Assembly: GCF_000142905.1 (NCBI RefSeq)
Contig: NW_013657664.1
Coordinates: 276,133-340,132, forward strand
DNA from: Thecamonas trahens ATCC 50062
Taxonomy: Eukaryota; Protista; Apusomonadida
DNA length: 64,000 nucleotides
Reading direction: 5' to 3'
Shown: piece after piece, positions 46,313 to 57,489 of the stretch
Layout: every line of letters starts with the position of its first letter
Numbering within the stretch: position 1 is the first letter of the stretch
Translations under genes and position numbers: made by a program
The notes under the pieces: model-generated
Database searches by the model: none
Seen by the model: the letters and a program-made list of their open reading frames with translations, nothing else
Told to the model about the DNA's origin: nothing

Positions 46313-49213
46313 ATGGCGTACACGTACTCTGGCTACGACTCGTACGACTACTCGTCGTCTGGGATGGACGATGTTGGGGAAAAGGTGAACGAGCCGCCCG
46401 ATGTGCTGGCAGCGGGAAAAAGAAACAAGGCGGGCGGAAAGGCAGGCAGCGGGGTGATGCTGATGGAGCAGCTTGCGGCTGAGGTGACCGATGATGAGCC
46501 GGCGGTGACTTCTGCGGAGCCGATGGATGCCGGAATAGCGGAGACGTCGCTCCAGACGGGGCTCTCGCCGGCGCAGGTGGCTTCGTTGCGAATGACGCAC
46601 GGGTACAACGAGGTTGTAACAAAGCCGACGCCGGCGTGGCTCCAGTTTGCGCTGTTCTTCTGGGGCCCCATGCCGTGGCTCATCGAGATTGCGGCGGTGC
46701 TCTCGATTGTGGTGGGCGACTGGAAAGGGCTAGGCATCATTGTCACGTTGTTGGTGATCAACGCCGTCATCGGATTCCACGAGGAGCGGCACGCCGGCGC
46801 GGCTGTGGCGGCACTGCAGGACTCGCTTGCGCCCGACGCCACAGTCCTCCGAGACGGCAAGGTGCGTGTTATTCCTGCGCGCGAGCTTGTGCCCGGCGAC
46901 GTGATCATGGTCAAGGGTGGCGACATTGTGCCTGCAGACGCAATCGTGGTCCCGCTCAAGCCTGTCGGAATGACGGCGGCGACGGCGTCGCGAGTGATGG
47001 TGGATCAGGCTTCGCTGACCGGTGAGTCGCTGCCTGTCTCGCGGTCGTACGGCCAGCGGCTGCTCTCGTCGTCGCTGGTCAAGACCGGCGATGTGACGGC
47101 GCAGGTGACGGCGATCGGGGCCGAGACTGTGATCGGCAAGGCCTCGTCGTTGGTCTCGGAGGCCTCATCGAGCGCGCCCAAGGGGATCAAGAAGACTCTG
47201 GTCAAGCTCTCCAACGTCATGCTCGTCATGGCCTTTGTGGTCGCACTTGTTCTTCTTGTCCACGGTCTTGTCCTCCACCGCGATCTGCTTGAGCTTCTCC
47301 AGCTGGTCCTAGTCATTGTCATTGCCGCCATTCCGGTGGCCATGCCAACGGTGGTGACGGTGACAATGGCCGTCGGCGCGCACCAGCTGGCGCGGGCCAA
47401 TGCGGTTGTCACGGAGCTGACCTCACTCGAGCAGCTTGCATCAGTCGACATCCTCTGCTCGGACAAGACCGGGACGCTGACACAGAACAAGCTCTCGCTT
47501 CACGACTGCGTCGTACCGACCAAAGCCATCACCATCGACGACGTGCTCGACGCTGCGCTCTTCTGCTCGGTCAATGACGACGATGCGGTTGACCATGTGT
47601 TCTTGCAGGCCGGCCGAGCCCGCGCTGCAGGCGAGCCTTGGATCAACGTCTCGCGCACGGAACAGCTCCACAGGACCGAGTCCATCCGGGTCCCAGTCAC
47701 CAACTCGGAGGTGCTCCTCCGGCAAGCGCGGGCGGCTTCGGTAACCATCGATACGGGATCGGCCGGGACTCAGCACCCGGTGGCAGCAGGCGTTCGCATC
47801 CTCCATCGTGTTCCGTTTGATCCGGCGGTGAAGCGGACCGAGGCCACCATTGTTGATTCGCGGTTTGGCGAGCCGTCGGTGTATCGCGTGGCCAAGGGCG
47901 CGACCCATGTGATCGCAACTATGTGTGGGCTTGACGACGACGTCAACTACTCGGCATCGGTTGAGCACATGGCCAACCGCGGTTACCGGTCGGTGGCAGT
48001 GGCGCGATCGGTCTCGAGCTCGCCCGACGACCCTGACGCGCAATGGGAGCTTGTCGGCCTCTTTGCCATTTTTGACCCGCCGCGCATCGACACGGCCCAC
48101 GTCGTCCGGCGATGCCACGAGCTCGGCATTGAGGTCAAGATGCTCACCGGCGACCAGTCGATCATTGGGCGTGAGACGGCGCGGCTCATCGGGCTCGGCG
48201 ACAACATCGTGACCGCTGACGAGCTCTTCTCCGACTCGCTTACCGACGCTATCAAGGCCGAGCGGGCCGAGGCGCTCGACGGTCTCGGCGAGGTCTATCC
48301 CTCGCACAAGTATGCTTTTGTCTCTCTTCTCCAGTCGCGCGGCCACGTGGTGGCCATGACTGGGGACGGCGTCAACGACGCGCCGGCGATCAAGGCTGCC
48401 AATTGCGGCATCGCCGTCGAGGGTGCCACCGCGGCAGCACAGTCGGCGGCAGCAGTGGTGCTCCTCAATCCGGGCCTCTCCGCTATCATCAACGCGGTCG
48501 AGGAGGCGAGACGGATCTTCACTCGCATGTCGTCGTACATCACCTTCCGCATCGTCGACTCTTTCCACGTCTTGTTCTTCCTCGCCATCTCGATCCTCTT
48601 CCTCGACTTTGAGCTCGACTCGATCCACGTCGCCATTCTTGCCATTCTCAACGATGTCTCGCTCGTCTCGATTGCCTTTGACCATGCCCGTGACTCGGCA
48701 CGCCCGCTGAAGTGGAACCTCCCGTTCCTGCTCATCCTCGGTGGCGTCCTCTCATGCGTCATGATTGCCTCTACGATCGTCACCTACTACATCGCGCACA
48801 AGGCCTCGTGGGGCTGGCAGCTCCAGGTCGATGCTACCAAGACCGCAGTCTACCTCCAGATCTCGGTCTCGGGCCACCTCGCCATCTTTGCTACCCGCGT
48901 TCAGGACTCGCTCGCCGTGCTCTATGCCCCGTCGCGGGTTGTCGTCGGCGGCGTCCTCGCCTCGCAGCTCGTCGCCACTGCCCTTGCTGGCTTTGGCATC
49001 CTCATGGAGAAGCTCGCCTGGTCGCACGTTGCCGAGATCTGGGGCATCGCTGTCGCCACCTTTCTCATTGTCGACTACGTCAAGCTTGTCTTCCACATCT
49101 TCTTCACCGACGATGACGAGACGAGCGTCGCTGCCCCCGCGCGCGCTCCTGACAATGCTGCACCGCCAGCGGGCTCGGTCGCCACCGTAGCCGCGCAGGC
49201 TAAAGACCATTGA
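46313..49213 (+). CDS. PMA1: Plasma-membrane H+-ATPase (P-type IIIA)
   Basis: FWGPMPWLIE, TGESLP, IPVAMP, CSDKTGTLT, FDPPR, MLTGD, TGDGVNDAP, ILNDV. Confidence 0.95.
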   Translation: MAYTYSGYDSYDYSSSGMDDVGEKVNEPPDVLAAGKRNKAGGKAGSGVMLMEQLAAEVTDDEPAVTSAEPMDAGIAETSLQTGLSPAQVASLRMTHGYNEVVTKPTPAWLQFALFFWGPMPWLIEIAAVLSIVVGDWKGLGIIVTLLVINAVIGFHEERHAGAAVAALQDSLAPDATVLRDGKVRVIPARELVPGDVIMVKGGDIVPADAIVVPLKPVGMTAATASRVMVDQASLTGESLPVSRSYGQRLLSSSLVKTGDVTAQVTAIGAETVIGKASSLVSEASSSAPKGIKKTLVKLSNVMLVMAFVVALVLLVHGLVLHRDLLELLQLVLVIVIAAIPVAMPTVVTVTMAVGAHQLARANAVVTELTSLEQLASVDILCSDKTGTLTQNKLSLHDCVVPTKAITIDDVLDAALFCSVNDDDAVDHVFLQAGRARAAGEPWINVSRTEQLHRTESIRVPVTNSEVLLRQARAASVTIDTGSAGTQHPVAAGVRILHRVPFDPAVKRTEATIVDSRFGEPSVYRVAKGATHVIATMCGLDDDVNYSASVEHMANRGYRSVAVARSVSSSPDDPDAQWELVGLFAIFDPPRIDTAHVVRRCHELGIEVKMLTGDQSIIGRETARLIGLGDNIVTADELFSDSLTDAIKAERAEALDGLGEVYPSHKYAFVSLLQSRGHVVAMTGDGVNDAPAIKAANCGIAVEGATAAAQSAAAVVLLNPGLSAIINAVEEARRIFTRMSSYITFRIVDSFHVLFFLAISILFLDFELDSIHVAILAILNDVSLVSIAFDHARDSARPLKWNLPFLLILGGVLSCVMIASTIVTYYIAHKASWGWQLQVDATKTAVYLQISVSGHLAIFATRVQDSLAVLYAPSRVVVGGVLASQLVATALAGFGILMEKLAWSHVAEIWGIAVATFLIVDYVKLVFHIFFTDDDETSVAAPARAPDNAAPPAGSVATVAAQAKDH

Positions 49214-49455
49214 AAGAACGTGTTGCGGGAGTGCTTTTTAGCGAAGATCGGTTCCCATCGTAGGCAAGACGTGGAGGGAAAGGAGGAGTCAGCGCGTCGT
49301 GAGCCGGCGGTCAGCAGCGGTTCGTCAACAGTGGTCGTGCCATCCATCCATCCTTGGGGAGGTGAGGTCGGAGCAGGGCAGGGGTGGGCGGAGAGGGGGA
49401 GGGGATGACAAGACGTGCACAAGACGACACACACACACCTCCAGATACGTAAGAC

Positions 49456-50420
49456 ATGGCAGGGGAGAAGACGACCAAGACCAAGAAGGCGACCAAGGCC
49501 AAGGCCCAGGTGACGACAGAGGCCGGCGTGGACAAGTCGAGCAAGACAACGTCGGCGGGCGGCAAGAAGCCGAGCAAGAAGAGCAGCCGCAAGCGGCGGG
49601 CAGAGGAGCGGGCGGCGGCTCGGGCGGCAGCCGAGGCTGCGGCGGCGATGGACGATCTGGCGGGTGGCGGAAGCGACGACGGCGCGGACGACGAGGGCGA
49701 CGATGGGCGCAAGACCAAGAAGGTGCTGGACGAGGCCGAAGTGACCGAGTACGTCAAGGCCATGAAGCGGCGGGGGTGGTGTACCTCTCGCGGCTGCCAC
49801 CGTTCTTCAAGCCGCCGCAGCTGCGCGATCTGCTGGGCAAGTACGCCGAGGTGACGCGGATGCACATGGAGGAGGAGGACGCGGCCAAGGCGCGGCGGCG
49901 GAAGAAGCTCGGCGGCAACCGGCGGAAGAACTACACCGAGGCCTGGGTCGAGTTTGCCTCCAAGAAGGATGCCAAATCAGTTGCCACCATGCTCAACGGC
50001 AACCCGATGGGCGGCTCGCGGCGCAACTACTACCACTACGATCTGTGGAACATCAAGTACCTGCCGGGCTTCAAGTGGCACCACCTCTACGAGTCGCTGC
50101 GCATCGAGCGCGCCACCCGCGAGCAGCGCATGGCTCACGAGACGACGCAGGCCCGCCGCGAAGCCGAGTTTTACATGCAAAAAGTCGAGCAGGCCAAGAC
50201 GCTCGACGCCATCGACCGCCGCCGCGAGCGCCAGGCCGACCGCAAGCGCAAGCGCGCCGGCGATGCCGCACCCGCTGCCTCCCCTGCTGACGCCTCGACC
50301 CGCCGCCGCTCCAAAATCCATCGCAAGTTTGCCCAGCGGACCATTCACGAGACTGCAGGCTCGTCGGGCTCTGCCCGGCCCAAGATGTCGACCCAGAAGC
50401 TCTCGTCGCTCTTTGGCTGA
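49456..50420 (+). CDS. ESF2: Pre-rRNA-processing protein ESF2/ABT1; apparent frameshift at 49772-49776
   Basis: GVVYLSRLPP, YTEAWVEF, DLWNIKYLPGFKWHHL; the N-terminal exon frame joins if one G is added. Confidence 0.9.
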
Positions 50421-50429
50421 GAGCCCACT

Positions 50430-51524
50430 TTACTGCGGCTTGAGCTTGGCCACAGGGCGCCCGCCGAGCGCCGCGACGATGCGCGCGAGCAGGCCACTGC
50501 TACCAGCCGCGGCCAGCTGTGGTGCCGCTGCCGCCCCCGGCCGCAGATGCAGGCCGCCGCGTCCGCAGGGCGCCCTCGTCGGCCACGGCGCCGCTGCCCG
50601 CGCACATCCAACTGCGCATGCCACGTACCCGACCGCGACCGCGATAAGGCCCGATACCGCCGTCGACGCCGTCGGGAGCCACGAGGCGAGAACTCGAGCG
50701 CGGTGGAGTGCAAGCGGGGCGTGGTCGACGTCGCCGGCGCGGCCGAGCGCCTCGCAGGCGACCGGAAGCGCCTCACAAAACGTGGTCTCGAACATGCCGC
50801 GGAAGGCCTCCATCCGCGCCGTAGCCTCGCTGTACGCCACCTCGTGTTTCAGCGCAGCGTGCGCATCGTACGCGGCACGGGTGAGGTAGAAGCACGCCGA
50901 CGCCACCCGCCGGCAGTCGGCCACCCGCTGCGCGAGCGCTGTCTCGGACGCGCACATCGCCGAGTACACCGATCCCGAGTTGTCAAACGAGACCAGCTCG
51001 AGCGTGGCAGCGTCGATCAGCTCGGGCGTATGCAGCATGTCGGCGTAGCCCGCCAGGCACACCGCGCCGGCCGCGTTGGCGCGCAGCACGTCTGGATGCC
51101 GCCGAGAGAGATGCACGTCGAGGTAGTGCTCCGAGGTAAATGCCTTGCCGCACAGCTGGCAGCCCCAGAACGAAGCCTCGGCCGGATTCTTGGCCTCCTC
51201 GTGCCCGGCGTACACGTCCTTGTGCAGCGCCAGGGGGCACTGCGCGGCGATGGCCGAGCTCGGGAGCCCGTACGGCGCAGCCGCCAGTGGCGCCAGCACA
51301 AACTCCTCCAGCACCTGCCGCACCACCCGCGAGCCCTCACGCGAGCATCCATCGACGTTGATCACATGCCCATGGGAGTCCTGCCCTCCCAAACTTCCAG
51401 AATTGGGCGTTGGGGTCGGCCCCGCCGTCGGCGCGGCTGTCGGAGCGGCGCCTGTGATGGGCAGCGCCGTGAGCGCGGTTCCCACGACGAGGAGCGCAAC
51501 AGCGAGCGATAGTCTCGTTCGCAT
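50430..51524 (-). CDS. Signal-peptide, single C2H2-like finger, C-terminal TM protein of unknown function
   Basis: Hydrophobic N-terminus; CSREGSR..CPL..D.Y..HE..WGCQLCGKAFTSEHYLDVHLSRRH..CLA; C-terminal hydrophobic segment. Confidence 0.75.
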   Translation of the reverse strand: MRTRLSLAVALLVVGTALTALPITGAAPTAAPTAGPTPTPNSGSLGGQDSHGHVINVDGCSREGSRVVRQVLEEFVLAPLAAAPYGLPSSAIAAQCPLALHKDVYAGHEEAKNPAEASFWGCQLCGKAFTSEHYLDVHLSRRHPDVLRANAAGAVCLAGYADMLHTPELIDAATLELVSFDNSGSVYSAMCASETALAQRVADCRRVASACFYLTRAAYDAHAALKHEVAYSEATARMEAFRGMFETTFCEALPVACEALGRAGDVDHAPLALHRARVLASWLPTASTAVSGLIAVAVGYVACAVGCARAAAPWPTRAPCGRGGLHLRPGAAAAPQLAAAGSSGLLARIVAALGGRPVAKLKPQ

Positions 51525-52109
51525 ACGGTGGAGGAGGAGGAGAAGGTGGAGGAGGAGAGGGGTGAGGGGTGAGGAAGAGAAGAGTTGCCGGCGGATGGCC
51601 TTGCAGCCCCGGAGCCAGAGTGGTAACCCCAACTAGGAGGGAGGGGGGGGGGGGGGAGGGAGGGAGGGCAGGATCCATCGCCAGCCTGCGTCTGGCAGCT
51701 GATGCGCAATCTTTGATTGCAGGCGAAGGGCAGCTTGGCGTGGGGGTTCTGGCCAGCCCAAGCAAGCCTTCATGACGGGCTTGTGTTGCCTTTATCCCCA
51801 GCCCCCAGCCCGAGCCCACAGGCCCAGCCCCCATGCTATCCGATGGTCGACTTTGCCAGTGCCCTTGCTTCCACCAGGCCCATCTCCTGCCTGCCCCGAC
51901 CAGGCCTCGGCGCCTTGCTCGGCTCTTTGCCTGCAAGCTCGTGGCTGATTCACGTGGTGCTCCGCGTGCCGTTCGCCTCCACCACCAAGCCATGCTCACT
52001 ACCCCAGGCGTGGCAAAGAGCCACCTTCACAGCCCCTTTCCCTGCCTTCCCCCTCATTTCCCCTTTATCCTCCCCCCTCCCCTCCTCCCCTCCCCCCCCC
52101 TCTTCTTCT

Positions 52110-52516
52110 NNNNNNNNNNNNNNNNNNNNNNNNNNNNNNNNNNNNNNNNNNNNNNNNNNNNNNNNNNNNNNNNNNNNNNNNNNNNNNNNNNNNNNNNNNN
52201 NNNNNNNNNNNNNNNNNNNNNNNNNNNNNNNNNNNNNNNNNNNNNNNNNNNNNNNNNNNNNNNNNNNNNNNNNNNNNNNNNNNNNNNNNNNNNNNNNNNN
52301 NNNNNNNNNNNNNNNNNNNNNNNNNNNNNNNNNNNNNNNNNNNNNNNNNNNNNNNNNNNNNNNNNNNNNNNNNNNNNNNNNNNNNNNNNNNNNNNNNNNN
52401 NNNNNNNNNNNNNNNNNNNNNNNNNNNNNNNNNNNNNNNNNNNNNNNNNNNNNNNNNNNNNNNNNNNNNNNNNNNNNNNNNNNNNNNNNNNNNNNNNNNN
52501 NNNNNNNNNNNNNNNN
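52110..52516. other. Assembly gap
   Basis: N run. Confidence 1.
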
Positions 52517-52916
52517 TTGAGTAACGTACGTTCCTTCCCGTCCCTCCTCCCCCCCCCCCCCCCTTTTTTCCCGCAGCCACCTGGCGGCCACACGCAGGCG
52601 TACTTGGGATACACAGGACACCCCTACCCCCATGCGCCGCAGCAAGTGACGCTTGTCTATCTGATACGGGTACAGTCCAGGTGGGGCGTCTCTACACCCC
52701 GTTGTAGGCGTAGTACCCCCCCGTCCGGACCGCCCCGAACTCGCTCGCCCCAGCCCATTACTCGGGATCCAGTCAGGCGGGCGGCCAAACTGTATGGCGT
52801 GGCGGTGGTGGAGAAGGAAGTCGGTGGGGCAAGCTGCCGCGTGGACCACATGCAATAGCAGTACTCACCCACAAGCCACAACATACTGCTGCGTGAACAT
52901 GGTGGTATGTGTACAG

Positions 52917-55900
52917 ACGGTGCACCAGATGCTGGAGTACTGCCTCGGGCTGACCCACAATGGTGCGACAGACGGGTCGGACTCGTGTGACGACCTGACC
53001 GATACCACGGCCGGGACTGACGGGGCCGGCCCGGTCTCGCCGAGGTGGGCAACCGGGCGGCGGCGGAGCTCGTCGCTCGGGGCCAAGAACGCGCCGTCGG
53101 GCCTCCGCCCGTCGACGGTCTCGGCCGATGAGTCGTCAGGCTCGGCGGTCTCGGCGCAGGCCTTTGCGTTTGACGACGACGATTTGCTGCAAGAGATGGA
53201 GTCTGAGGCTGCAGCCACGTGCTCGTCCGACTCGTCGGGCGCGGACCTGCCCAAGTCTGTGCAGAAGCGGCTGAAGAAGGAGCGCGAAAAGGCCGAGAAG
53301 CTGGCGCGCAAGGAGGAGAAGCGCAAGCTCAAGGCGCAGCGCAAGCAGGAGAAGCAGTTGGAGAAGGCGCGCCGCTCTTCGCGCCGCTCGCTGCTCAAGG
53401 GCCTGGAAAAGGCGACCGAAAAGGTGGAGCACTCTCCGGAGAACATGGCCACCTTTGCGCGCGTCTCTTGTGACGTGCTCACGTGCGGCGTCGCCGAGCT
53501 CTTCACCGCCTTTAACAACATGAAGACCCGCAAGTACCTCTACGGCACGCTCTTTTCGTTCCTCTCGAAGAACACGGTTGATGCCACACAGACATCCTAC
53601 TTTACCCGCATCGTGTACGCACTGCTGCAGTGGCGGACGCCGCAGACCCTGGTGTTTATGAAGCAGCATCCGCGGTTTGTTGAGCGGGTCGTCCACCACA
53701 TCGAGGCTCCTGGCATGGTCGACCTGCTTCTGGTCATCGCCAAGTGTGGCAACACGTCGGGCACTCTCGACTGGCTTGCAGACTGCCACCTCGTCCCGCG
53801 GCTGCTCGAGCTGCTGGAACCGGCCTACGCCGATCGGGTCTGTGTCACGCTCCGCAAGCCGGCAACCGCATCGGCGCTCGGCAGCTCGGCATCGGCATCT
53901 GGTGAGCTTGCAGCTACCGACAAGTCCGCAGCCGCTAGCACCTCGTTCACATCACCGTCGGGTGAGGTAACGGTCAAGACCTTTCCCGCCGACGTCGAGC
54001 TCAAGGACGTGCTCGCCGCCTTTGACATTCTCTCTGGCTACGCCGTCGATCAGGTCGCCGAGTCTGCTGTTTACACCGACGGCCCGCTCCCGGTTGGCCC
54101 GTACGTGGTCATCCCGGGCGCGGCGCCGGTCGAGCAGACAGGCGAGAAGCCGACACTCCCGGCAGCAGCCTCGCGCCGGGCGCGGCTCTCGTCGCTCAAC
54201 CTGGACCTCGACTTTGACATGCGCAAGCTGGAGCGGGTGCAGGGTAACCGAGCGCGCGCCGATGCCATGGACGAGAACGCGCTCTCCATGATGCACACCA
54301 ACGTGGCTCGGGTCCTTATTGGGCTGGTTCAGCTGCTTGAATCGTCCCCCGACGACGGCGACTCGATGCTGGCCACCTCGCTCCACGACCCGTCCATTGG
54401 CCGCCTTCTCCTCACCAACATTTTCTGGGGCGCCTACCTCGGTGGCGAGTCGCTCTCGGCCTTTACTTACGGCCTCCACGTGCTCACGGTTCTCCTTAAC
54501 CAACTTGTGGCCAACCTCGACTCGATCTACGTCGCCGCACCGGCAGACACCGGGCCGGCAGGCGGGGCCAGCCACGGCCGGGGCGAAGCCGGATCGGCGC
54601 GAGACAAGGCCAAGAGCAAGGCCAAGGGCAAGGGCAAGAGCCGCAAGGCCAAAGGTCGCAAGGTCCACGGCAGCGACGGAGCTGATGACGCCAGCACTGG
54701 ATTGGACTCGTCGTCAGCCTCGGGTCTCGACTCATCGTCTCCCGAGGCCTGCTCGTCGGACGCCGGCGGGCTGGTCACCACGCTGCGGTCGGCGACGACG
54801 TCTGACGACGGCGACGCAAGCTCCGGCTCGGACGCCCAGTTTTTCCCGCCGGGTCTCGAGGTGCTCGCCTTGGTCGAGTCCAGCACCCTGCGGTCGCGCG
54901 AGGAGCTCACGCCGCTTCTGCGGGCCATCCACGACATGCTTGACGACTTTTTCATTCTGCTGCTGCGGACCGAGACGCTTGCGGCGCTGGAGACGACAAC
55001 TGGGCTCCTGGATCCGCCGCTAGGCTCGACTCGGCTCAAGGTGGTGCGGTTCTTCTGCCGGCTCCTCCACACCCGGGCGCCGCTCATCGAGTTTGAGATC
55101 ATGCGCCGCGGCATTCTCAACGAGTGCGTCGAGCTCTTCTTCCACTACGAATGGAACAACTTTCTGCATCTGACTGTGTCCGAGATGGTGCTCTGCGTCT
55201 TGCAGTCGCCGTCGGAGCCGATTGTCCAAGCCCTGCTCACCTTTACCAAGCTGCACACTCGGCTACTCGATGCTGTCGATGGCAACGCCGCCGACCAGGC
55301 CCAGCCACTCGGGTGTCGCCGTGGTTACATGGGCCATGTCACCCTCATTGCGCTGCACCTCTCGCACGCACTTCCACTTGCGGACATGCTCCGCGAGTGC
55401 GACCGCTGGATGGCGTATGTCGACGGCGAGCTGCAGTCAACGTCTGACGTCAACACCAACAGCATCTTTGGTGTCGAGTACGAGTCGCTCAAGTCCAAGC
55501 GCCAGCTCATTCTCGAGGGCAAGCTCTCGCCTGCTCAGGCGGCGGCGCAGGTCGAGGCTGAGCGCAACCTCCGCGAAGAGTCGGACAGACAGACTGCAGC
55601 TGCAGCTGCGGTTGCTGCTGCTCCGGCAGACACGTCGGGCAAGGACGCGGCTCCGGCCGCCAAGGCCGGCGCGGGCGAGGCGGCGGGCGATGACACCGGC
55701 ACGCCGACAGCCGCCGATGCTGCCGCCACGTTCTCGACCCTCATTCCGCCGCCGGAGGATGCGCCACCGCCGCCGGTCCCGACGCCAACCGACCCCGCAG
55801 CTGCGGGGTCGGAGAGTGCTCCCGGCGCCGACAGGGCGGGTGCTGCCGACGGCGAGAATGCTGCTTCCAGCAGCACCGCGGCCGCGACTGCGGCCGCGGG

Positions 55901-57404
55901 AGCCGTGGTAGCTGCAGGAGCAGCGGCCGCTGGCAAGGACGGCGACGATGATGCTGGAGCGTCGTCGTCGGGATCGACGTCGGAGGCTGCAGACCTCTCT
56001 GCTGGCGGCGGTGCTGGCGAGAGCAGCGGGCGGACCGGCGAAGCGGACGGCGGCGTCGACGGCGGTGAGGTTGCGGCTGACGACGCGGCGGCCGAGACAT
56101 CGGCCATTCTCGACTCTGAGTCTGACGCGTCGGTGATGCTTGTCAACAAGAAGAACGACATCTATGGCGATACGGCACTGCACGTGGCCGCGGCAACCCG
56201 CAAGGTCGGGGTGGTGGACCTGCTTGTGGCACGCGGAATGGACGTCAACGCAACGAACAACTCGGGCTACACGCCTCTCAACCGGGCCTGCTGCATCTCG
56301 CAGGTCCTGCTCAAGGACATGGACTCGCGCAACGAGCTGCAGCAGGTGGTGCGGCTGTTGCTGGAGCACGGTGCCGATCCGGAGCGTCCCAACCGCAAGC
56401 AGCAGACGCCGCTCGACCGCGCGGCACACTACGGACACAAGGACGTGGTGCAGACGTTGCTCGAGGCGCAGCCGGCGACGGCGGTGAACACCAAGGACAT
56501 GATGGGCATTTCGCCGCTCTACCGCGCGCTCAACAACGAGCGAACCGACATTGCCGGGCTCCTGTTCTCGGCCATGGGCGGCATCGGCTCGCCTCTGCCG
56601 TCGGGCCTGGTGGCGTTGCTCGACGATCCCGACCACCGGTCGATGCTGGCGGTTGATGTGCGCCCGCTGCTGGCAGTCGGTGCGTATGTCGAGCTTAACA
56701 ACAAGGGCATCACGCTGGCGTCGCTCCGCGAGCGCGGGCTGCTCACCCGCGCCGCCGACGTCTCGGCGCTCATTTACGGGCCCGACGGCGCCGGTGGCGG
56801 ACTCTCGGCCATCGAGATCAAACGGGTGCTGGCGGCGGTAGACGCCGCACTGGCGCCCGAGGAGCTTGCTAAGGTGCCCGCCGAGGCTGTCGAGGCGGCG
56901 CGTGGCGAGATGATGGCGCTGCGCGACGTGGTGGCCCTCGCGGCGACCCAGTGCGCGGCGGCGGACATGGTGGTGGCCATGTCGCAGGTCGCCGACGTTG
57001 GCGAGCTGCACGTCTCGCTCCCGCCCGCCGTCGCATCCACATTCCAGGCGCCCGACATCGGTCTGAAGGCCGAGGCTGTGGCTCAGACTGACGCACTCCG
57101 GCTGGCGGTCCTCGCGCACTTTGCGGCGGCACACCACGGCATCGCGGCCATCCCGCCGGGCTTTATCGAGCGCGCGCAAGAGGCGTCGTCCAAGTCGGCG
57201 TCGTCCAAGTTCAAGCGGCCACGCGGCGTGACCCATCCGCCGGTCCGAGCCCTCGACTCATCGTCAGACTCTGACGGCGAGAGCGGAAGTGGGAGCGGCG
57301 GCGTCCGCACTGGCAACGGGCGCCGGGCGTCGACGCTCGACTCGTCGGACTCGGAGCTGTCGGACTCGACCGACAGTGAGTCTTCGTCGGACAGCAGCGC
57401 ATAG
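52917..57404 (+). CDS. SIT4/PP6 regulatory subunit (SAPS domain) with C-terminal ankyrin repeats; 5' exon not located
   Basis: PPLGSTRLKVV, LFFHYEWNNFLH, RRGYMGHV (SAPS); GDTALHVAA, GYTPLNRAC, TPLDRAA, GISPLYRA (ANK); putative acceptor GTACAG at 52916 with ACTCAC upstream. Confidence 0.85.
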   Translation, partial: TVHQMLEYCLGLTHNGATDGSDSCDDLTDTTAGTDGAGPVSPRWATGRRRSSSLGAKNAPSGLRPSTVSADESSGSAVSAQAFAFDDDDLLQEMESEAAATCSSDSSGADLPKSVQKRLKKEREKAEKLARKEEKRKLKAQRKQEKQLEKARRSSRRSLLKGLEKATEKVEHSPENMATFARVSCDVLTCGVAELFTAFNNMKTRKYLYGTLFSFLSKNTVDATQTSYFTRIVYALLQWRTPQTLVFMKQHPRFVERVVHHIEAPGMVDLLLVIAKCGNTSGTLDWLADCHLVPRLLELLEPAYADRVCVTLRKPATASALGSSASASGELAATDKSAAASTSFTSPSGEVTVKTFPADVELKDVLAAFDILSGYAVDQVAESAVYTDGPLPVGPYVVIPGAAPVEQTGEKPTLPAAASRRARLSSLNLDLDFDMRKLERVQGNRARADAMDENALSMMHTNVARVLIGLVQLLESSPDDGDSMLATSLHDPSIGRLLLTNIFWGAYLGGESLSAFTYGLHVLTVLLNQLVANLDSIYVAAPADTGPAGGASHGRGEAGSARDKAKSKAKGKGKSRKAKGRKVHGSDGADDASTGLDSSSASGLDSSSPEACSSDAGGLVTTLRSATTSDDGDASSGSDAQFFPPGLEVLALVESSTLRSREELTPLLRAIHDMLDDFFILLLRTETLAALETTTGLLDPPLGSTRLKVVRFFCRLLHTRAPLIEFEIMRRGILNECVELFFHYEWNNFLHLTVSEMVLCVLQSPSEPIVQALLTFTKLHTRLLDAVDGNAADQAQPLGCRRGYMGHVTLIALHLSHALPLADMLRECDRWMAYVDGELQSTSDVNTNSIFGVEYESLKSKRQLILEGKLSPAQAAAQVEAERNLREESDRQTAAAAAVAAAPADTSGKDAAPAAKAGAGEAAGDDTGTPTAADAAATFSTLIPPPEDAPPPPVPTPTDPAAAGSESAPGADRAGAADGENAASSSTAAATAAAGAVVAAGAAAAGKDGDDDAGASSSGSTSEAADLSAGGGAGESSGRTGEADGGVDGGEVAADDAAAETSAILDSESDASVMLVNKKNDIYGDTALHVAAATRKVGVVDLLVARGMDVNATNNSGYTPLNRACCISQVLLKDMDSRNELQQVVRLLLEHGADPERPNRKQQTPLDRAAHYGHKDVVQTLLEAQPATAVNTKDMMGISPLYRALNNERTDIAGLLFSAMGGIGSPLPSGLVALLDDPDHRSMLAVDVRPLLAVGAYVELNNKGITLASLRERGLLTRAADVSALIYGPDGAGGGLSAIEIKRVLAAVDAALAPEELAKVPAEAVEAARGEMMALRDVVALAATQCAAADMVVAMSQVADVGELHVSLPPAVASTFQAPDIGLKAEAVAQTDALRLAVLAHFAAAHHGIAAIPPGFIERAQEASSKSASSKFKRPRGVTHPPVRALDSSSDSDGESGSGSGGVRTGNGRRASTLDSSDSELSDSTDSESSSDSSA

Positions 57405-57489
57405 CGCTCGCGTGTGTTTGGTAAAGGCACTCGCTTTGCAAAAGAGTTGGTTTACGTGGTGAACTCAACTGAACCGAGCCGAGCAAGCA

